This document shows, in pieces, positions 59,952 through 64,000 of a DNA stretch of 64,000 nucleotides. This stretch comes from an uncultured Gammaproteobacteria bacterium (GTDB taxonomy: Bacteria > Pseudomonadota > Gammaproteobacteria > UBA9214). The DNA lies in contig CAWHCQ010000009.1 of NCBI GenBank assembly GCA_963827755.1, positions 54,464-118,463 of the forward strand, read 5' to 3'. Position numbers and translations under genes: made by a program. Under the pieces are notes generated by a model that had not been told where the DNA came from, did not search any database, and saw only the letters and a list, made by a program, of their open reading frames with translations. The stretch's first letter is position 1. Each line of letters opens with the position of its first letter.

Positions 59952-59970
59952 AGGGGTCAGTCTGACCCCT
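59952..59970. repeat. Minimal family C palindrome
   Basis: AGGGGTCAG-T-CTGACCCCT. Confidence 0.65.
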
Positions 59971-60001
59971 GTTTCTTTTCTGTTTCTTTTAATAACCCGC
60001 G

Positions 60002-61036
60002 CTACTCAAACGACTTCGCTTCCATCTCCAGATAGATGCGATAAGCATTTCCACGGTTACTGGCCTTGAAAGCCGGCAGGTCGGAATAGGCAGACCAGTC
60101 GGTCGCGCTATAGGCCTCATCAAACGGCGTGAAATTCGCCACGGCTGTGCGCATTGCGTCGCGCACATAGGCAATATAACCTTCCGTCAGGGCAACGGCT
60201 GCCGACAGGTCGTCCGAGGGTGTGCCGTGCCCGGGGATCACGTAACGCGGTGTCGGTTCAAGTGCTCCCAGTGCAGCCAGCCCATTGAGCCAGTGTTCTA
60301 TGTTGGTCTCCGGACTGTCGAGAAACGGGACGCGCCCCTTGTAGATGACATCGCCGCTGAACAACACACCGTAGTCCTTCACCAGCATCACCGTGTCGCC
60401 GGGCGCATGTGCCGGCCCCAGGTATTTCAGTGTGAAGGTGACGCCGCCGACCGTAAAAGTTTTTTCCGACTCAAAGGTTTCATCGGGTAACACAATATAG
60501 GTGTGCTCATCCACCCACGGGAACAACGCTTCACGTCGCTGCACCAGGCGCCGCTGGGCGTCTTCTCCCTGGCTTGCTGCCGTACCACCCGCATAGCCAA
60601 GCGCCTGGCGCTGCGCCCACACCGGCGGGTTCCCTGCGTACTCCTTAAAGCCCTGCAGGCCATAGATGTGATCAGCGTGATAGTGACTGACGACAATGCG
60701 CTCAATGGGCTGATCGGTCACCTCGCGGATACGCTCCAGCAACCGATAGCCGAGCGCCGGTGTGCCGAGTGCATCGAACACCACCACCCCACCGTCCGTG
60801 ACCACAAAGCCGGCGTTGGAGGTGTGCCCCTCGTTGTCCGCGCCCGGCACACCGGAAAGCCCGATAACATAGTAGACCGGCACGCCCGGGACCTGGTGCA
60901 GGGTAAACGGAAGTGTGACCTTGCCGTATGGATCGGACACGGGTTTGTTGCAGGCGGCCACGGTTAATGTCAGCAGTCCGCACAAACAGGCCGTGAAATT
61001 GAAGGAGTCAGTAACCTTTTTTAGCATTCTGTGCAT
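60002..61036 (-). CDS. Exported MBL-fold metallo-hydrolase (SoxH-like)
   Basis: SNAGFVV, SHYHADH, AHAPGD, FSGD, IPGHG. Confidence 0.85.
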   Translation of the reverse strand: MHRMLKKVTDSFNFTACLCGLLTLTVAACNKPVSDPYGKVTLPFTLHQVPGVPVYYVIGLSGVPGADNEGHTSNAGFVVTDGGVVVFDALGTPALGYRLLERIREVTDQPIERIVVSHYHADHIYGLQGFKEYAGNPPVWAQRQALGYAGGTAASQGEDAQRRLVQRREALFPWVDEHTYIVLPDETFESEKTFTVGGVTFTLKYLGPAHAPGDTVMLVKDYGVLFSGDVIYKGRVPFLDSPETNIEHWLNGLAALGALEPTPRYVIPGHGTPSDDLSAAVALTEGYIAYVRDAMRTAVANFTPFDEAYSATDWSAYSDLPAFKASNRGNAYRIYLEMEAKSFE

Positions 61037-61105
61037 GTTTTTCCTGTGGCGGATGAAAAAGGGTACTGACCTCTATAATTGAACAGTTTATCGAAGTGTG
61101 TGGAC

Positions 61106-61161
61106 AAAAGGGGCCGGATACAATTTTCGAGTTTAATCAGAAAATGTATCCGACCCCTTTT
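61106..61161. repeat. Family B element
   Basis: AAAAGGGGCCGGATACAATTTTCGAGTTTAATCAGAAAATGTATCCGACCCCTTTT. Confidence 0.92.
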
Positions 61162-61190
61162 CAGATAAAGTAATATTTATAATTAAGCGC

Positions 61191-61526
61191 CTAACTACCA
61201 TTCAATGACTCAACGATCTTAAATGCGTCACTAATTGTTGGCGCATATAGCTTAGCGACACAACAAGACCCCTTTTGTGCCGCATGTGCTTTTACAAGGC
61301 CCAGGATTTCCACTAGAGACATAGAATCCCCACTGGCCTCCGGTTTTACGTATTTATTGCCTGGATTAGTCAAAGTATAAATGTCACCTGAGGAGTCTAT
61401 GAGGCAGTCAGACTCGTCATATTTAAAGTAGTGTAAATCTGCATCGTTATCCCACTCAGATTGGTCGCCAACATAAACTAATTCTGCGTCATCTGAATGC
61501 TTAATGATGCAAGGCCAATTTACCAA
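61191..61526 (-). CDS. DUF4144 family protein (cassette-derived)
   Basis: WPCIIK..DAELVY, LIDSSG, AHAA..GSCCVAK. Confidence 0.75.
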   Translation of the reverse strand: MVNWPCIIKHSDDAELVYVGDQSEWDNDADLHYFKYDESDCLIDSSGDIYTLTNPGNKYVKPEASGDSMSLVEILGLVKAHAAQKGSCCVAKLYAPTISDAFKIVESLNGS

Positions 61527-61541
61527 TTCATGTTTCCTGAA

Positions 61542-61602
61542 ACATATCGTCTCGCCTCAGTCGCGCGGCGTAGCCGCGTCGATCTGGAGGCGTTTGTTAG
61601 GT
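61542..61602 (-). mobile_element. attC of the RelE/XRE cassette (R' mutated to GAT)
   Basis: ACCTAAC ... GATATGT on the minus strand; central CGCGGCGTAGCCGCG. Confidence 0.8.
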
Positions 61603-61605
61603 GAC

Positions 61606-61905
61606 TCATGCTGCATTCTTGTGGAAGTCAATCTCGATTTTGAGCCGGCCACCAAGTGCCTGGACTGCGCTTTGAAGTGTTTGCAACGTCACAGATGAAT
61701 TATCAGGATCGAGCAATCTATCTAAAGAGGAACGACTAGTTTCCATCCTTCTCGCCATTTCCGCTTTGCTTAGTTTGCTCTCAGTCATTTTCTCAACCAA
61801 CTGGAATGCAATATACCGCTTCACTGCAACAGAGGTTGCTTCTTCAAGCAGACCTTCCTCTTCCAAAAACTGGTCAAAATCACTACCAACATTTCGTTTA
61901 GCCAT
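61606..61905 (-). CDS. XRE/HTH antitoxin
   Basis: GSDFDQFLEEEG, EMARRMETSRSSLDRLLDP. Confidence 0.88.
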   Translation of the reverse strand: MAKRNVGSDFDQFLEEEGLLEEATSVAVKRYIAFQLVEKMTESKLSKAEMARRMETSRSSLDRLLDPDNSSVTLQTLQSAVQALGGRLKIEIDFHKNAA

Positions 61906-61907
61906 AA

Positions 61908-62252
61908 CTATACCCTCAGCTTATTCAATCTACGCTTTGCGGTGGCCAGTTCATTTGATGGTGTTTTCTGAGATTTCTTAACAAAACCATGCAGCAAAAC
62001 AATCTTTTTCTGGTACACGGTGAAAAATGTTCTGGCAATACCAGATGAAATGGTCGACCGTAGCTCCCAAAGATCGACATCCATTTTCCTGGCTAGCGGC
62101 ATTCCTACGGGCCACCCAAACTGTAAGGTCTTGATATCCTCGCCGAGTGTTTTACGATTATCTCGGCTCATGTCCCTAAGCCACTCCCTCACAGGTTCAC
62201 GCCCGGAATCGAGTCGAAAGAAAACTACCGGGATTGGCCTATCCATTGGCAT
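61908..62252 (-). CDS. RelE/ParE-superfamily (Gp49-like) toxin
   Basis: GREPVREWL, WPVGMPL, LWELRS, LLHGFVKKSQKTP. Confidence 0.9.
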   Translation of the reverse strand: MPMDRPIPVVFFRLDSGREPVREWLRDMSRDNRKTLGEDIKTLQFGWPVGMPLARKMDVDLWELRSTISSGIARTFFTVYQKKIVLLHGFVKKSQKTPSNELATAKRRLNKLRV

Positions 62253-62258
62253 TTTAGA

Positions 62259-62286
62259 AGTGTACCATTATTGGTACTTATGTCAA
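62259..62286 (-). promoter_or_regulatory. Sigma70 promoter with overlapping operator
   Basis: TTGACA-16-TACACT; palindrome GTACCA-TTAT-TGGTAC. Confidence 0.65.
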
Positions 62287-62311
62287 GGGCTGCTTATGGT
62301 GATTCAGAGTC

Positions 62312-62370
62312 ACCTAACGCCTGAGCTCAGGGGCGCACAGCGGAGCGACCCTTGGAGCCCGTTGTTATGC
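62312..62370 (-). mobile_element. attC site
   Basis: GCATAAC ... GTTAGGT on the minus strand; 59 bp. Confidence 0.82.
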
Positions 62371-62403
62371 ACTTCCTGGATGCATTAGCTATTTTCATTT
62401 GGG

Positions 62404-63045
62404 CTAGAATATCGACAACTTCTCATCGCTACGTGTCAGATATGGAAGAATCCGGCTAGCAGTCAGCCACGCGATACCAAACGCAACCAATCCGGTAGCT
62501 TCCGCATAAAAAGTAAGCTGTTGGAAACGGTTACTCAATGCGTCATCCATCAGATGATCAACCACCATACTCACCATTGCCAATATAATCGCTAATCCAC
62601 AGCCCCCGTATAAAATCGCCCTCGTACGTGCCTGAGCCCAGCCTTTTTTCCATGCCCTGAGGAAAAAGAAATAGCAGAAAACAGCAAGAATGCTAAACAT
62701 CACTGACGCCGCGATATAGTGAACCATCGGTATGATTTGAGGATGTCCATCGCAGCCACATGGGAAAATCGCCACACAGATAGCGGCCAGTGCCGCCACT
62801 TTACTAAGCCACTTCTCCCGTCTTTCATGGCCATTATATGAGAGGAGAAATGCACTGATTGCAAATAGGAAGCCTACGAATATATTGCCTGACCATAGAC
62901 CTTCATCCCAATACGATGCACTGATGGAGGCAAGTGGTTTTACCGCAAATTTTTCTGTCAGATATGCAAGTGAAATTGCAATAAACCCAACAATAAACTT
63001 CATAGTATGGTTATCAATCTCTGCGTGCTGTTCTTTTGATGCCAT
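62404..63045 (-). CDS. Multi-pass membrane protein (DUF998-like; cassette-derived)
   Basis: SISASYW, FLLSYNG, VHYIAA, EATGLVAFGIAWL; start ATG 63045. Confidence 0.7.
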   Translation of the reverse strand: MASKEQHAEIDNHTMKFIVGFIAISLAYLTEKFAVKPLASISASYWDEGLWSGNIFVGFLFAISAFLLSYNGHERREKWLSKVAALAAICVAIFPCGCDGHPQIIPMVHYIAASVMFSILAVFCYFFFLRAWKKGWAQARTRAILYGGCGLAIILAMVSMVVDHLMDDALSNRFQQLTFYAEATGLVAFGIAWLTASRILPYLTRSDEKLSIF

Positions 63046-63075
63046 GTTTACTTTCCTGTTGCGTGGTGATTGGAC

Positions 63076-63131
63076 AAAAGGGGTCGGATACAATTTTCGA
63101 GTTTAATCAGAAAATGTATCCGACCCCTTTT
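63076..63131. repeat. Family B element
   Basis: One mismatch to 61106-61161, with the same TGGAC left flank. Confidence 0.92.
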
Positions 63132-63311
63132 CCGATAGTCTGCGTCGGCACTATTGTGCATGTGGCCGATTCTGCAGATCATTCAATGCAGTAGATCCAA
63201 TCTGATCCAAGGATCATCCTACACTACGGCGCCAGCTTGTCGGCTGAAACCAAGGATCTGCCTACGGTTATTCCTTCCCTTTCGGCTATACAGAAACTGC
63301 TCAATCCACTA

Positions 63312-63378
63312 CTTGAACTCTGCCGCTGCCGAAGGAGCGCCAGCGACGCAGGCAGTCCGCAGGCGTGATTTGTTATAT
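63312..63378 (-). mobile_element. Degenerate attC downstream of hicB
   Basis: ATATAAC after the stop; central GAAGGAGCGCCAGCGAC; distal arm partly lost. Confidence 0.55.
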
Positions 63379-63384
63379 GCCGCT

Positions 63385-63717
63385 TTACTCATTTGTTGAG
63401 CGCTTGAGAATTTCTGAAACCCACTGATTGATGCTTTTGCCAGCAGCTGTTGCTCTCGCCGCAATCTCACTATGCAACCTGGGTGGTATCCTCAGGTTAA
63501 ACTTACCCGAGTACTCTCTCATTGGGGCAATACCCTTCTCTTCGCAAACCTCCAGATACACCTTCAACGAGTTTTTAAATTCCTTTCGTAGACTTGCAGG
63601 GCTTTTACCATAGAAATCTGCGCTTCCATTCAAGCCGAGAATCTCCCCTCGAAATTGATCAAGCTCAGGATCGTACTCAATCTTTGCCTTGTAACCATCA
63701 ACTTCCATGATATTCAT
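63385..63717 (-). CDS. hicB: HicB antitoxin
   Basis: GYKAKIEYD, YSGKFNLRIPP.LH, SINQW. Confidence 0.92.
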   Translation of the reverse strand: MNIMEVDGYKAKIEYDPELDQFRGEILGLNGSADFYGKSPASLRKEFKNSLKVYLEVCEEKGIAPMREYSGKFNLRIPPRLHSEIAARATAAGKSINQWVSEILKRSTNE

Positions 63718-63968
63718 GGCTTCACCTCATATAACTCTAACCATTTGCGAATACTGGCTATCGCTCCTTTATCAGTATTCGGTGATGGGTGTGGCCTATG
63801 GAATACGCGGACTTCGCTGAATAGCACAACGGCTACCCTGGATCCTGCTCTTTCTGATACATCCGCACCCAGCGCTTTGAACAGAGACTCAATATCCGTC
63901 CATGGAATATTGCCGCTAGTAGGTCGTTTGTAGATTTGTTCTAGCGTTTTCTGATGCTTGCGCTTCAT
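63714..63968 (-). CDS. hicA: HicA toxin
   Basis: KHQKTL..I, W.DIESL, GSRV, FHRPHP. Confidence 0.92.
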   Translation of the reverse strand: MKRKHQKTLEQIYKRPTSGNIPWTDIESLFKALGADVSERAGSRVAVVLFSEVRVFHRPHPSPNTDKGAIASIRKWLELYEVKP

Positions 63969-63974
63969 GGAAGA

Positions 63975-63999
63975 ATGGTACCTTATGGTACCATGTCAA
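63975..63999 (-). promoter_or_regulatory. hicAB promoter/operator
   Basis: TTGACA followed by palindrome ATGGTACC-N4-GGTACCAT. Confidence 0.6.
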
Positions 64000-64000
64000 G

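Noticed and set aside
5595-63093. N-terminal extensions in the ORF track (e.g. starts 6983, 15313, 16313, 19009, 30156, 39061, 41675, 63093)
   Set aside because: They read through the palindromic elements (recurring KCALTP, MYPAPF peptides); downstream starts fit the protein families better, several with a clear RBS.
6625-63131. A/B/C palindromes as a CRISPR array
   Set aside because: Spacing is gene-sized and irregular, orientation varies, repeats are 50-60 bp, and no cas genes are seen.
6625-63131. A/B/C palindromes as ordinary intrinsic terminators only
   Set aside because: Some may terminate, but many lie between divergent genes or just upstream of starts, and they share conserved spacers, which terminators do not need.
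6625-63131. A/B/C as attC or XerCD pdif sites
   Set aside because: They lack RYYYAAC/GTTRRRY ends and the 11-6-11 dif consensus; true attC sites are separately recognisable here.
41768-64000. Complete integron
   Set aside because: No tyrosine recombinase or attI in the window; cassette runs are interrupted by non-cassette genes.

Overview
Mosaic accessory region of a GC-rich bacterium, probably a gammaproteobacterium (inference from gene content). It holds about 65 CDS/pseudogenes of unrelated function, with no rRNA, tRNA, cas, integrase or transposase gene recognised. The dominant signal is non-coding. Almost every gene or small operon is bounded by related ~50-60 bp palindromic elements of three subfamilies: A GGTGTCAGAGCACA..TGTGCTCTGACACC, B GGGGCCGGATACA..TGTATCCGGCCCC and C AGGGTCAGACTC..GAGTCTGACCCT. 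By my count there are about 28 complete copies plus about 20 half or hybrid copies, and they share a terminal core R-G-K-G-Y-C-R-G-A. Several modules between them are visibly cut pieces of foreign DNA: three integron cassette-array fragments with attC sites truncated at the palindromes, an OmpA 3' stub, and defence/TA pairs. This suggests a palindrome-delimited gene capture/shuffling system whose enzyme lies outside the window. Also present are GTAG-type REP clusters, two REP-carrying MITEs with 8-bp target duplications, a WYL-ARPP-1 module with a candidate operator, a DUF6384/TelA-like/DUF533 operon, RloA/RloB and four TA pairs. Products are assigned by motif recognition only, and coordinates were counted by hand (plus or minus a few bp for repeats).
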